Shown here piece by piece: positions 28,882-37,776 of a stretch of DNA of 64,000 bases; the first letter of the stretch is position 1; each line of letters begins with the position of its first letter. Origin of the DNA: a virus. A program made the position numbers and the translations under genes. The DNA lies in the IMG/VR virus record IMGVR_UViG_3300037225_001468, positions 32,001 through 96,000 of that record; one strand, 5' to 3'. Below the pieces are notes generated by a model. It did not search any database and was not told the origin of the DNA. It was given only the letters and a program-made list of their open reading frames with translations.

Positions 28882-28917
28882 TGAAAGAGAGGTGGACAAT
28901 TAGTGAATTCACCGTTG
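28867..28917 (+). repeat. copy 2 of the 51-bp imperfect direct repeat (5' end of the DUF1257 gene)
   Basis: caaaatgttatttaatgaaagagaggtggacaattagtgaattcaccgttg. Confidence 0.9.
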
Positions 28918-29300
28918 TAAATATAGAGTTAGACGACCAGGAGTGTCTTGTAAAATCTCTTGAAGAAATGGGATATAAGCCAGAAATTCATGAAGAGGCA
29001 AAAAACCTTTACGGATATCATGGAGATAAAAGAGTGCAAAAGGCTCATGTTATTGTTCCAAGATCACAAGTAGGTTCAGCCTCTAATGATGTTGGTTTTG
29101 AAAAAAATAATAATGGCAAGTTTACTATGCACCTTTCAGAATATGATCGTCATGTTTTTAAGACAGATAAATTAAAGCAATTATATGCCAAGCATAGAGT
29201 AAATCAGTTTGTGAAAAAAAATGCCGGTAAGTATTCTCATAAAACTACCAAAGTAGATAAAGATGGAACTATTAGAATTCGTTTAACTAGATTTGGATAA
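28881..29300 (+). CDS. DUF1257 (Ycf35-like) protein; start either ATG 28881 or ATT 28899
   Basis: SEFTVV...LVKSLEEMGY...LYGYHGD...ASNDVGF...YD...LKQLYA...DGTIRIRL. Confidence 0.75.
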   Translation: MKERWTISEFTVVNIELDDQECLVKSLEEMGYKPEIHEEAKNLYGYHGDKRVQKAHVIVPRSQVGSASNDVGFEKNNNGKFTMHLSEYDRHVFKTDKLKQLYAKHRVNQFVKKNAGKYSHKTTKVDKDGTIRIRLTRFG

Positions 29301-29308
29301 GGATAAAT

Positions 29309-29914
29309 ATGCCAAAAACAAAAGATCAAAAAAGAAATACATTAAAAAGGGCAAAAGACTTTCAAAAAAGGCACTATTTTAATGAACTAAAAAATAGTAT
29401 TTTAACTTTTAATAATCCTATTTTATCTCAGGTGTCACAAGATGTGGCAAAAGAAGATAATTTAGATTTTATTGAAAAAATGAAAAAGGTATTATTTGTT
29501 AGTGAGAAAGGGGTGGGTTTAGCTGCTCCGCAGATAGGTGTATTAAAGAAAGTTATTGTTTTAGACCCGAAAAAAGAAAATAAAATTAAAGTAATGATAA
29601 ATCCAAGAATAACAGAAATATCTCAAGAGACCAATAATGTTTCTGAAGGATGTTTATCTTATCCTGATATTTATGTTCCAGTTGATAGAGCGAATAAAAT
29701 TAAAGTAGAATATTTTACTACTTTATTTGAGAAGAAAGAAGAAGAGTTTATTGGGTTTGAAGCAAGAATAATTCAGCATGAAGTTGATCACTTGATAGGG
29801 GTTTGCTTGGTAGGGGAAGTGTGGAAAGAAAGTAAAGAAAAAGGTTTGCCAGTAGAAGAAATAATTAGAATAAGAAAAGAAGAAATAGAAAAAGCCGAAT
29901 TAAGTATGAAATAA
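29309..29914 (+). CDS. def: peptide deformylase
   Basis: GVGLAAPQIG, EGCLS, QHEVDHL. Confidence 0.95.
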   Translation: MPKTKDQKRNTLKRAKDFQKRHYFNELKNSILTFNNPILSQVSQDVAKEDNLDFIEKMKKVLFVSEKGVGLAAPQIGVLKKVIVLDPKKENKIKVMINPRITEISQETNNVSEGCLSYPDIYVPVDRANKIKVEYFTTLFEKKEEEFIGFEARIIQHEVDHLIGVCLVGEVWKESKEKGLPVEEIIRIRKEEIEKAELSMK

Positions 29915-29925
29915 GGAGAAAAAAG

Positions 29926-30117
29926 ATGAAGAAACAAGTGTTTATTAGTGTTCATGGATTATCTAAAAGCTTTGAGAGAGATGTTGCGTTTGATTTTGTT
30001 CGTGGTATTTTAGATTTAGAAGAAAAATATGAAGTATATTTTAATATAAGTTTTCCAGAGATGTCTAAACAAGAAATTTATGATATGGCAGATGAAATGC
30101 CTATTGATATCTATTAG
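29926..30117 (+). CDS. small hypothetical protein
   Basis: AAGGAG SD. Confidence 0.6.
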   Translation: MKKQVFISVHGLSKSFERDVAFDFVRGILDLEEKYEVYFNISFPEMSKQEIYDMADEMPIDIY

Positions 30118-30132
30118 CAAAAGGAGAAGAAA

Positions 30133-30456
30133 ATGAAGAAACAAATGTTATTAAAAGGAAATTATATACATCAAGATGAAGATTTTTTAACGCAAACAAA
30201 TATTGTGACGCAAGTTCAGATAGAAGATGAAGAAGGTATGTGTTTAGTGAATACTAAAGCAATTGGCGAGATAGGTTTTAGTCCTAATTGGAGCTCTGAG
30301 AGTTTGCGCGGATATCATCAAAGTTCTGGTGTTCCAGATGGAATGACATTATCTATGGATAATGCTAAGAAAATGTGGAGTTGTCGGCTTCCTGAGAATG
30401 GAGCAATTTTCTTTTTTGAAACTAAACAAGAAAGAGATGATTTTATCGGAGAATAA
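30133..30456 (+). CDS. hypothetical protein
   Basis: AAGGAG SD. Confidence 0.65.
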   Translation: MKKQMLLKGNYIHQDEDFLTQTNIVTQVQIEDEEGMCLVNTKAIGEIGFSPNWSSESLRGYHQSSGVPDGMTLSMDNAKKMWSCRLPENGAIFFFETKQERDDFIGE

Positions 30457-30461
30457 AAGGT

Positions 30462-31133
30462 ATGGTAGAACTTCCTAAAACACCATTAGATCTATATAAT
30501 TTATTTCTTGCGCAAAAAAATAAATTATATGATTATTCTTGGCTCTATGAAACTATCCGGCCACACTGTAAGTTTAAGAAAATACCAGGTCTTCAGCATT
30601 GTGGACCAAGAAGAATAATTCAAGTTCCATCTGAATTTACTAAGTTTTTATTGTGGATGAATGATAAAAAAATAAAGAGTTATTTAGAAATAGGTATATC
30701 TACAGGTGGTTCTTTTTTTACGACAGACGCTTATTTAAGAAATGTAAATGAAGAATATCAGTATTCTTATGGTCTTGATATAAGAGAAAAATGCGGAGGC
30801 TATATTGAATATAATTCAAAGTTTTCTACCTGTCAATTCGTAAAAGGAACAAGCCAAGAAGTAAAACATATAGATTTCTTTTTTGATTTATGTTTTATTG
30901 ATGCTAATCATACGGAAAAATGTTCTTTAGAAGATTTTGATATCGTTAAAGAAAGATGTAAATATGTTGCTTTTCATGATATTGTTTTAGATATTGATGA
31001 AAAGTATTTTGGTAAAAGAAAAAGTTCGACTGTGTTTAAGACTTGGAATAAATTAAAAGAAAAGTATAATTTTGTTGAGTTTATTGATAAAAGTTTGCCA
31101 GAAACTTGTGGTATCGGTATAATAGAGATGTGA
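30462..31133 (+). CDS. class I SAM-dependent methyltransferase (Methyltransf_24-like)
   Basis: YLEIGISTGGS, FDLCFIDANH, VAFHDI, CGIGII. Confidence 0.8.
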   Translation: MVELPKTPLDLYNLFLAQKNKLYDYSWLYETIRPHCKFKKIPGLQHCGPRRIIQVPSEFTKFLLWMNDKKIKSYLEIGISTGGSFFTTDAYLRNVNEEYQYSYGLDIREKCGGYIEYNSKFSTCQFVKGTSQEVKHIDFFFDLCFIDANHTEKCSLEDFDIVKERCKYVAFHDIVLDIDEKYFGKRKSSTVFKTWNKLKEKYNFVEFIDKSLPETCGIGIIEM

Positions 31134-31144
31134 AAGGAATAAAA

Positions 31145-31468
31145 ATGACCATATTTACTGAAGGAAAAGAAGTGTCAGAACCTAAAGTGGGAGAGTATTT
31201 AATTGAAGCAGAGCATAGACATTGTAATAGTATATGTGTTCAGGTTACGGAAGTAAATGGAAAAAACTTTAAGGGCAAATTGCTTGATATTTATGATCCT
31301 CATTTTGAACAATACGTGACAATAGGAAAAACCTATAGCTTTAATAGGTGGAAAGATGGAGATAATATTTGGCATGTTCCAGATAAAGAACTAAATAGGG
31401 GTTGTGGTCCGTCTCAGCTTTTATTATATTCATGGCCAGAAGGCTATTCTTTTGATTTGGATTGTTGA
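31145..31468 (+). CDS. hypothetical protein
   Basis: AAAGGA SD before ATG 31145 (ORF track start 31106). Confidence 0.6.
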   Translation: MTIFTEGKEVSEPKVGEYLIEAEHRHCNSICVQVTEVNGKNFKGKLLDIYDPHFEQYVTIGKTYSFNRWKDGDNIWHVPDKELNRGCGPSQLLLYSWPEGYSFDLDC

Positions 31469-31761
31469 GAATACATTTTATGGATAAGATCTCTGATTGC
31501 GTAATAGCGTGGTATGTTTCTTCTGAGAGGTTTCGTTTTTCTTATAGTAAAGATGAGTGGACAGAATTAGTATATAATATGTTAGTGGAGAATAAAACTA
31601 TTCAAGAACTTTGGGATTGTCTTAAACTGGAGGCCAAGGCTACGCAGAAAGATTTAGATGAGATAGATATAAATAATAATCCTAAAGATTTGTTTGTAAA
31701 AGCATATGGTTTATCACTTGATGTTTATCTTAAAGAAGGAATATCTCTATGTCACAAATAA
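31462..31761 (+). CDS. hypothetical protein
   Basis: ORF in operon. Confidence 0.5.
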   Translation: MLRIHFMDKISDCVIAWYVSSERFRFSYSKDEWTELVYNMLVENKTIQELWDCLKLEAKATQKDLDEIDINNNPKDLFVKAYGLSLDVYLKEGISLCHK

Positions 31762-32000
31762 CTGGATTATATCGAGATATTGTTAGTGGTAAAAGTTATT
31801 TTGTTTTTGCTACGGCAAGACATACAGAAACAGGTGAAGATTTGGTTGCATACAAGGACGAATATGAACAATATTATGTTCAACCTAAAAAAATATTTAA
31901 TGAAGATATTTGCTATAATGGAAAGTGGAGTAAAAGATTTGAATTATTTAAGATAGTCAGAGAAGGACATATTTCTTTCAAAGATATGATGGCTGATTAA
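31749..32000 (+). CDS. DUF1653 domain protein
   Basis: GLYR...Y.V...ARHTETGEDLVAY...YVQP...F...RF. Confidence 0.75.
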   Translation: MSQITGLYRDIVSGKSYFVFATARHTETGEDLVAYKDEYEQYYVQPKKIFNEDICYNGKWSKRFELFKIVREGHISFKDMMAD

Positions 32001-32018
32001 AGAGAAAAGGAGATAAAA

Positions 32019-32411
32019 ATGGAAACATTTAGGAAACTTATTGAAGATGATGAACTGCCTAGAGGTTATTTGCACGGTTATTATTGTGATGTTATGGCAG
32101 AAGCAGTTGCTCGTGGCTATAAGCTGATAAGTGAAAAAGAGTATTGGGCTGAAGATACCAAGCGGTGCGAAAAAGAAAATAGAGAAAATCCCATAACGGC
32201 TAATGAAAACATAAAAATAAGTGAATATATTACTATAAATATATTTAGAAGGAAAAATGATATAGAACCAAGAGTTTATTTAGAAGATAAGGATCCTCAT
32301 GCTGGTGGTCCATCTGACAGTACTCTTGCTTCAGCAAAGGCATATATTAGTCTTTTTGGATATAAGGATATGATATCTAAAGTAGATGATGCGTATAATA
32401 GAGCAAAATAA
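32019..32411 (+). CDS. hypothetical protein
   Basis: AAGGAG SD. Confidence 0.7.
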   Translation: METFRKLIEDDELPRGYLHGYYCDVMAEAVARGYKLISEKEYWAEDTKRCEKENRENPITANENIKISEYITINIFRRKNDIEPRVYLEDKDPHAGGPSDSTLASAKAYISLFGYKDMISKVDDAYNRAK

Positions 32412-32413
32412 AA

Positions 32414-33361
32414 ATGAATAATATATGTCAGCTTTGTCCTCATAAATGTTCTTTATCTGTTGGAGAATATGGAAAGTGCAAAGTTAGAAAGTTTGATGGA
32501 AATAATTTTGTTTTAGATTATTATGGCAAAATAACTACAATAGCAGTTGAGCCAATTGAAAAGAAACCAATTTATCATTTTAAGCCAAATTCTAAAGTTT
32601 TGTCTGTTGGAGGTTTCTCTTGTAATATGTCTTGTGATTTTTGTCAAAATTATTTAATTTCTCAAGCAAATAAAATAAATAAATATAAAACTTTAATGCC
32701 AGATGATGTTATTTCTTTAGCAAAAGAAAAAGAATGTTCTGGTATTTGCGTTACTTTTAACGAACCTACGATTTATTATGAGTATTTATTTGATTTAGCA
32801 AAAGAGGCACACAATAATGGTTTATTTTTCATTATTAAAACTAATGGCTACTTGTGTGAAGACCCTTGGTTTAGCCTTCTTTCTGTTGTAGATGCTGTTA
32901 ATATTGATTATAAGGGAAATGAATGGTATTATGAGAAGGTGGCAGGTATAAGTTCTAATACTTATCCAACTATATTAGATAATATAAAAAAAGCATTAAC
33001 ACAGACACATGTTGAGATAAGTATTCCTATTCATTATGATTATAAACTGGAAGATTATAATGATGTTTTTAATATTTTAGAAGAAAAGAAAGAAACTCCT
33101 ATTCATTTATTAAAGATTTTTTCTGTTAATAAGAATTTTGATCCAATTGTTCAAGATGATGTTATTTTTGATATGAGAAATGAGTTATTAAAAACATTTC
33201 CTTTTGTTTATGTGCAAAATATTTTTTCGCAAAAAGGAAAAGATGCCAGAAAAACCTATGATCCTATTACTAAAGAGGTTTTAATAAATAGAGAAGCATT
33301 AAAATCGGAGATTTTGGTAGGAGAAGACGATAATAATATAGAGAAATACTTCACAATGTGA
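32414..33361 (+). CDS. amrS: AmmeMemoRadiSam-type radical SAM enzyme
   Basis: CQLCPHKC, GKCKVR, EPIEKKPIYHFKP, CNMSCDFCQNYLISQ, TFNEPTI. Confidence 0.85.
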   Translation: MNNICQLCPHKCSLSVGEYGKCKVRKFDGNNFVLDYYGKITTIAVEPIEKKPIYHFKPNSKVLSVGGFSCNMSCDFCQNYLISQANKINKYKTLMPDDVISLAKEKECSGICVTFNEPTIYYEYLFDLAKEAHNNGLFFIIKTNGYLCEDPWFSLLSVVDAVNIDYKGNEWYYEKVAGISSNTYPTILDNIKKALTQTHVEISIPIHYDYKLEDYNDVFNILEEKKETPIHLLKIFSVNKNFDPIVQDDVIFDMRNELLKTFPFVYVQNIFSQKGKDARKTYDPITKEVLINREALKSEILVGEDDNNIEKYFTM

Positions 33362-34026
33362 GTTTGAATATGATATCTTTAGAGTTTTGCACAACTGCTA
33401 CTTTTCGTCCTGAAATAATAGATCGAACATATAAGTCTTTTACTGATAATCTTTTAGGAATAGATTTTAAGATATCTACACTATATTTAAATGTAGATCC
33501 TATTCCAGTAGGAAACACTAAAGAAGTTATAGATGTTGCTAAAAAGTATTTTGGAAATGTTGTTTATAATATTCCAGAAGAACCTAATTTTACAAAGGCA
33601 ATAAAATGGTGCTGGTCTCAAGTAAAAAATGAATATTTTTTTAATTTAGAAGATGATTGGGAACTTTTGACTAGAGTAAAAATAGATGATTTAATTTTTA
33701 AGTTAAACAGAGACAAACAGTGTATTGCTATAAACTTGAGAGCGTATTCTCATATAAGAGATGGAAGAGTTTGTTTATCTCCTGGTTTATTTCTTTCTTC
33801 TTGGGGAAAAAAGTTTGCTTCTGCTCTTGATCCAAGGTTTAATCCTGAAAAACAAATTAGATATGGATCAGGAGTAGAAATACAATTTTTACTTAAAAGT
33901 ATTTCTAAACAACATCCAACTAATACCGATGTATTTATTAGAGATATAGGTAGAGACTGGTTAAATAATAGACAAGACTATGGTAGAGGTGCGGGAAATT
34001 CTTTTACTACTTGGACTAAAAAATGA
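33358..34026 (+). CDS. GT-A fold glycosyltransferase-like protein
   Basis: TATFRPE, YFFNLEDDW, DIG. Confidence 0.6.
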   Translation: MSLNMISLEFCTTATFRPEIIDRTYKSFTDNLLGIDFKISTLYLNVDPIPVGNTKEVIDVAKKYFGNVVYNIPEEPNFTKAIKWCWSQVKNEYFFNLEDDWELLTRVKIDDLIFKLNRDKQCIAINLRAYSHIRDGRVCLSPGLFLSSWGKKFASALDPRFNPEKQIRYGSGVEIQFLLKSISKQHPTNTDVFIRDIGRDWLNNRQDYGRGAGNSFTTWTKK

Positions 34027-34562
34027 TTTTTTCAATTTTAATATGCTCTTTAGAAAAAAGAGCAAATTCATTAAAGAGATTGATGGATGTATTAATTCCT
34101 CAATTAAATGATGAAGTAGAAGTTTTGGTTGAGATAGATAATGGACAAAAAACAATTGGAAAAAAAAGAAATAATTTACTAGAAAAATCAATTGGAACTT
34201 TTTTGGCATACATAGACGATGATGATGTTCCATCTGTTGATTACGTCTCAAAAATATTAAATGCTCTAAAAGAAGAACCTGATTGTTGTGGAATAGAGGG
34301 GATAATAACTACTAACGGAATAAATCCTAAAAAATTTATCCATTCTATAAAATATACAACGTGGTTTCAGAAAGATAATATATATTATCGTTGTCCTAAT
34401 CATATCAATCCAATAAGAAGAGATTTGGCTATACAAATAAAATTTCCCGAAATAAACAAAAGTGAAGATAGGGGGTTTTCTTTAGGAATATTACATTTAT
34501 TAAAAAAAGAAGTTTATATTAGTGGACCAATATATAATTATTTATATATAACAAGAAAGTGA
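34023..34562 (+). CDS. glycosyltransferase family 2
   Basis: FSILICS, IGKKRNNLL, AYIDDDD, SED. Confidence 0.8.
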   Translation: MIFSILICSLEKRANSLKRLMDVLIPQLNDEVEVLVEIDNGQKTIGKKRNNLLEKSIGTFLAYIDDDDVPSVDYVSKILNALKEEPDCCGIEGIITTNGINPKKFIHSIKYTTWFQKDNIYYRCPNHINPIRRDLAIQIKFPEINKSEDRGFSLGILHLLKKEVYISGPIYNYLYITRK

Positions 34563-34569
34563 TAAAGAT

Positions 34570-35472
34570 ATAGAAAATAAAAATGTTATATCTTGTGTTC
34601 TTTTTGGAAACGACGATAGATATTGGAGTTGTTTACCATTAGTTATTTTAACTAATTATTTTTTTCATAAAGAGTTTTATTTAAGATTTTTTATACATAA
34701 AGAATGTGAAAATAATATTGTTTTTCCTTTTTTAAAAGAAATATCAGAAAAATATGATAAAATAGAAATAAAGATTATTGATAAAACTTATCAAAATACA
34801 GAACCAACAACTTGGAGAATGATGCCATTATGGGATAATGATATAGAATATCTTTTCTGTCGAGATATTGACTCAATCCCTTGCTCGTTAGAAGCTAGGG
34901 CAGTTAGGACATTTATTAACCATAAAGAATTTTATATTAGTAGTATTAGAAGTCATCCATTACATACTATTTCTTTAATGGCTGGTCTTTGTGGATTTTA
35001 TGTTCCTAAAATAAAAAATATTTTACCATCTAATTTTGATGATTATATTAGTTTTGGTAAAAAAAATTGTCCATATTGTTCTGATTGGAGATGGGGATGT
35101 GATCAGGAACTTTTAGATAGATTTTTTGTTAAAACAAGAGATAATAATTTTATAAAACACATTTTAGATATTCCTGTTCAAAACAGTATTGGAGAAGTAA
35201 AAAGTATGAGAAGCATTGGTTCTTCTATTTTGCCAAAAAATATTTATAACACTTGTGATTTATCTAATATAAATGAAAAAGTTTTATATTTATGTGATAG
35301 TAATTATGGAAAGTTTGTAGGAATGCCATTAGAAGAATCCTGGGGATATAAAAAGGAAAACAAGATATATTTGTTAAATGAAATATTATCTATTAATGCC
35401 GATATAACTAATATGATGAAAGAGTTTTTTGATAAATATAAAAATATTAAAGAATATTTTGGAGTGATATAA
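34570..35472 (+). CDS. putative glycosyltransferase; frame extends about 83 codons upstream of ATG 34819 with no ATG/GTG/TTG (ATA 34570 proposed)
   Basis: in-frame NKNVISCVLFGNDDRY...WRMMPL...CRDIDS...IRSHPLH..LMAGL...DQELL; in-frame stop at 34549-34551. Confidence 0.65.
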   Translation: MENKNVISCVLFGNDDRYWSCLPLVILTNYFFHKEFYLRFFIHKECENNIVFPFLKEISEKYDKIEIKIIDKTYQNTEPTTWRMMPLWDNDIEYLFCRDIDSIPCSLEARAVRTFINHKEFYISSIRSHPLHTISLMAGLCGFYVPKIKNILPSNFDDYISFGKKNCPYCSDWRWGCDQELLDRFFVKTRDNNFIKHILDIPVQNSIGEVKSMRSIGSSILPKNIYNTCDLSNINEKVLYLCDSNYGKFVGMPLEESWGYKKENKIYLLNEILSINADITNMMKEFFDKYKNIKEYFGVI

Positions 35473-35476
35473 TTAT

Positions 35477-36088
35477 ATGGAACTTGACTTTGACATAGTA
35501 GTGGTGGCTAATCATCATAGGAAGGCTTTGATTTTAGATCATTTAAAAGATATTCCACATCAGGTAAGTTATACTCCTGATTATGAATTTAGTAAAAGTT
35601 TTAAACCTCAATATGATCAATGGGTAAAAAGTTTTACAGGACATCAAGGGGCTTTTAGATGTTTACATGGGCACCAGGATGCCCTTAAACTTTCTAAAAA
35701 AAATAGAGTTTTAGTTATTGAAGATGATGCTATTCCTAATAGAAGTGATTGGATAAATGTGATTATAGACATTTTGCCATTTATGACACAATATGACATT
35801 ATATCTTTACACGGAAGAAATATAGATATAAGAGAATGTAGTAGGCTTTTACATTTAGATAAATCTATTTTATATGGATATACTAATAAAAAATTTAATT
35901 ATGTTTTAGGTTCTTTGTGCTATATGATAGATCGTAGAGTGATATCTAGAATAATGGATTATTCTTATGTTGGTCTTCCTATGGATTTATTTATTGCTAA
36001 TAATTTTAGTTTTGCACTTGTTGATCCGAGTCCGTTTTTACATGATCGTTCACAAGGAAGTTTAATAGATATTGGAGTGACATCATAA
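35477..36088 (+). CDS. GT25-like glycosyltransferase
   Basis: GAFRCLHGH, VLVIEDDA, CYMI, PMD. Confidence 0.6.
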   Translation: MELDFDIVVVANHHRKALILDHLKDIPHQVSYTPDYEFSKSFKPQYDQWVKSFTGHQGAFRCLHGHQDALKLSKKNRVLVIEDDAIPNRSDWINVIIDILPFMTQYDIISLHGRNIDIRECSRLLHLDKSILYGYTNKKFNYVLGSLCYMIDRRVISRIMDYSYVGLPMDLFIANNFSFALVDPSPFLHDRSQGSLIDIGVTS

Positions 36089-36846
36089 TGTCAATAGTGC
36101 AGTTTTCAATGTTGGGAAAGTTTGGTAGGTTTGGAAATTCACTTTTTCAGTATGTATTTGCTAGAAGTTATGCTGAAAGCATTGGAGCAGAATTGGAGAT
36201 CCCTCAAGATTGGGTTGGAAGAAGAATATTTAAGGATATTAATGAAAGATCTATTAGTCGTTCTTTGCCTAAAACTGAATTAGACAAGATACCAGGCAGA
36301 CGATGTGATATAGATTTGTTTGGATATTTTCAATATATAGAGGCATTTAAATTTTTATCTCTTAATAAAATAAAAGCCTGGTTAAAATTTCAAGATCGGT
36401 GGGAAAATCTTTTTTTATCATCAGAAAAATATATTGCTGCTCATCTTCGTAGAGGAGATTATGTATCAACTTTTTCTAATATATTCTGTATTGTTTCTGA
36501 TATGTCTTATAAGAATGCTTGTCATAAGTTTTCATTAAACTATAATGAAATAGTTTGGGTATCGGACGAACGTTCTCGATATAATGAAATGGCATCGGCA
36601 GAAGGAATTGATTTTTTGCCGGACTTTTTTATATTAAAGAATTCTACTCATTTGCTTAGATCTAATTCTACTTTTAGCTGGTGGGCTGGAACTTTAGGTA
36701 ATGCTAAAATATATAGTCCTCTTGTTGAAGACAAAGTGGGACATTGTGATGTAGATTTTGTAGAAGGAAATTGGCCTCGTTTAATTGATAAAAAAAACAA
36801 TCATCCTAAACACGGAGAACCTGGAGATTTTCATATACCAGAATGA
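36088..36846 (+). CDS. GT11 alpha-1,2-fucosyltransferase-like protein
   Basis: GRFGNSLFQY, GYFQ, HLRRGDY, NSTFSWW. Confidence 0.85.
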   Translation: MSIVQFSMLGKFGRFGNSLFQYVFARSYAESIGAELEIPQDWVGRRIFKDINERSISRSLPKTELDKIPGRRCDIDLFGYFQYIEAFKFLSLNKIKAWLKFQDRWENLFLSSEKYIAAHLRRGDYVSTFSNIFCIVSDMSYKNACHKFSLNYNEIVWVSDERSRYNEMASAEGIDFLPDFFILKNSTHLLRSNSTFSWWAGTLGNAKIYSPLVEDKVGHCDVDFVEGNWPRLIDKKNNHPKHGEPGDFHIPE

Positions 36847-37775
36847 TTTTTTTAGGTAAAAATAATTTTGCGCAAACAAAAAAAGTAGCTGTCATCTCTA
36901 CGGATAGTAATGATATGTATTTCTTTTTTATGCCGATTACTTCATACCTGTGGACACAAATGGGTTATCAGCCATTTTGTTTTGTTGTAGGAGATAATAA
37001 TTCGTTGTTACATAAAATGGTTATAGAAGAGACTGTGAAAATGGGTGGACAGATAGGTATGTTAACTAATGACATGATGAACGCTCATGGTATTCTTAGG
37101 GGATATAATGCGTCATTAATATCTCAAATATCTAGGTTATGTATTTGTTCTTTGAGGGAATATGAAGATGATACAACTTTTATAGTTGGTGACATAGATA
37201 TGTTTCCTCTTAATAAGACATATTTTAATACTTATAATCAAAATAGCGTATTTACTATTTTTCACGGAAATGCTTATGATCATACTAGATATCCAATGTG
37301 TTACTTGTGTGGTAAAAAAAATATTTGGCGAGATATCATGGGTATAGACCAGACATCTATATATGGTTGTTTGAAATTTAATATATTAAGTTATTTGAGA
37401 ATGAGATCTGATACATCAACTCAAAGGAACTTTGATGAGATTTTTTTCTTTAAAAGAATAAAACATTGGAATAAATATGGACTAGTAGAGTTTCTTAATA
37501 GGAATATAATAGTAAATCCTGGTTTTAATAATTTGCCATCAGAGATTGGTTTAGTGCCAAATTTTTCCCCCTCTGATAGATTGGAAAGGTCTTATTGGGT
37601 TATACCTGATAATATATCTACTTACGTTGATGCTCATTGCCCTAGACCTGGTTTTAGTGAAGAAAACTGGAATAAAATACTTGCATTGCTTAGTCTATTT
37701 GTTAGTAAAGAAATTTTAAATTGGGCAGTAGAATATAAAAATAATTTTGTTAATTTGTTAAATAGAGGATTGTAG
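36843..37775 (+). CDS. putative glycosyltransferase
   Basis: YFFFMP..W, QISRL, GDIDMFPL, YPMCY, DE, YVDAHCPRP. Confidence 0.55.
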   Translation: MIFLGKNNFAQTKKVAVISTDSNDMYFFFMPITSYLWTQMGYQPFCFVVGDNNSLLHKMVIEETVKMGGQIGMLTNDMMNAHGILRGYNASLISQISRLCICSLREYEDDTTFIVGDIDMFPLNKTYFNTYNQNSVFTIFHGNAYDHTRYPMCYLCGKKNIWRDIMGIDQTSIYGCLKFNILSYLRMRSDTSTQRNFDEIFFFKRIKHWNKYGLVEFLNRNIIVNPGFNNLPSEIGLVPNFSPSDRLERSYWVIPDNISTYVDAHCPRPGFSEENWNKILALLSLFVSKEILNWAVEYKNNFVNLLNRGL

Positions 37776-37776
37776 T

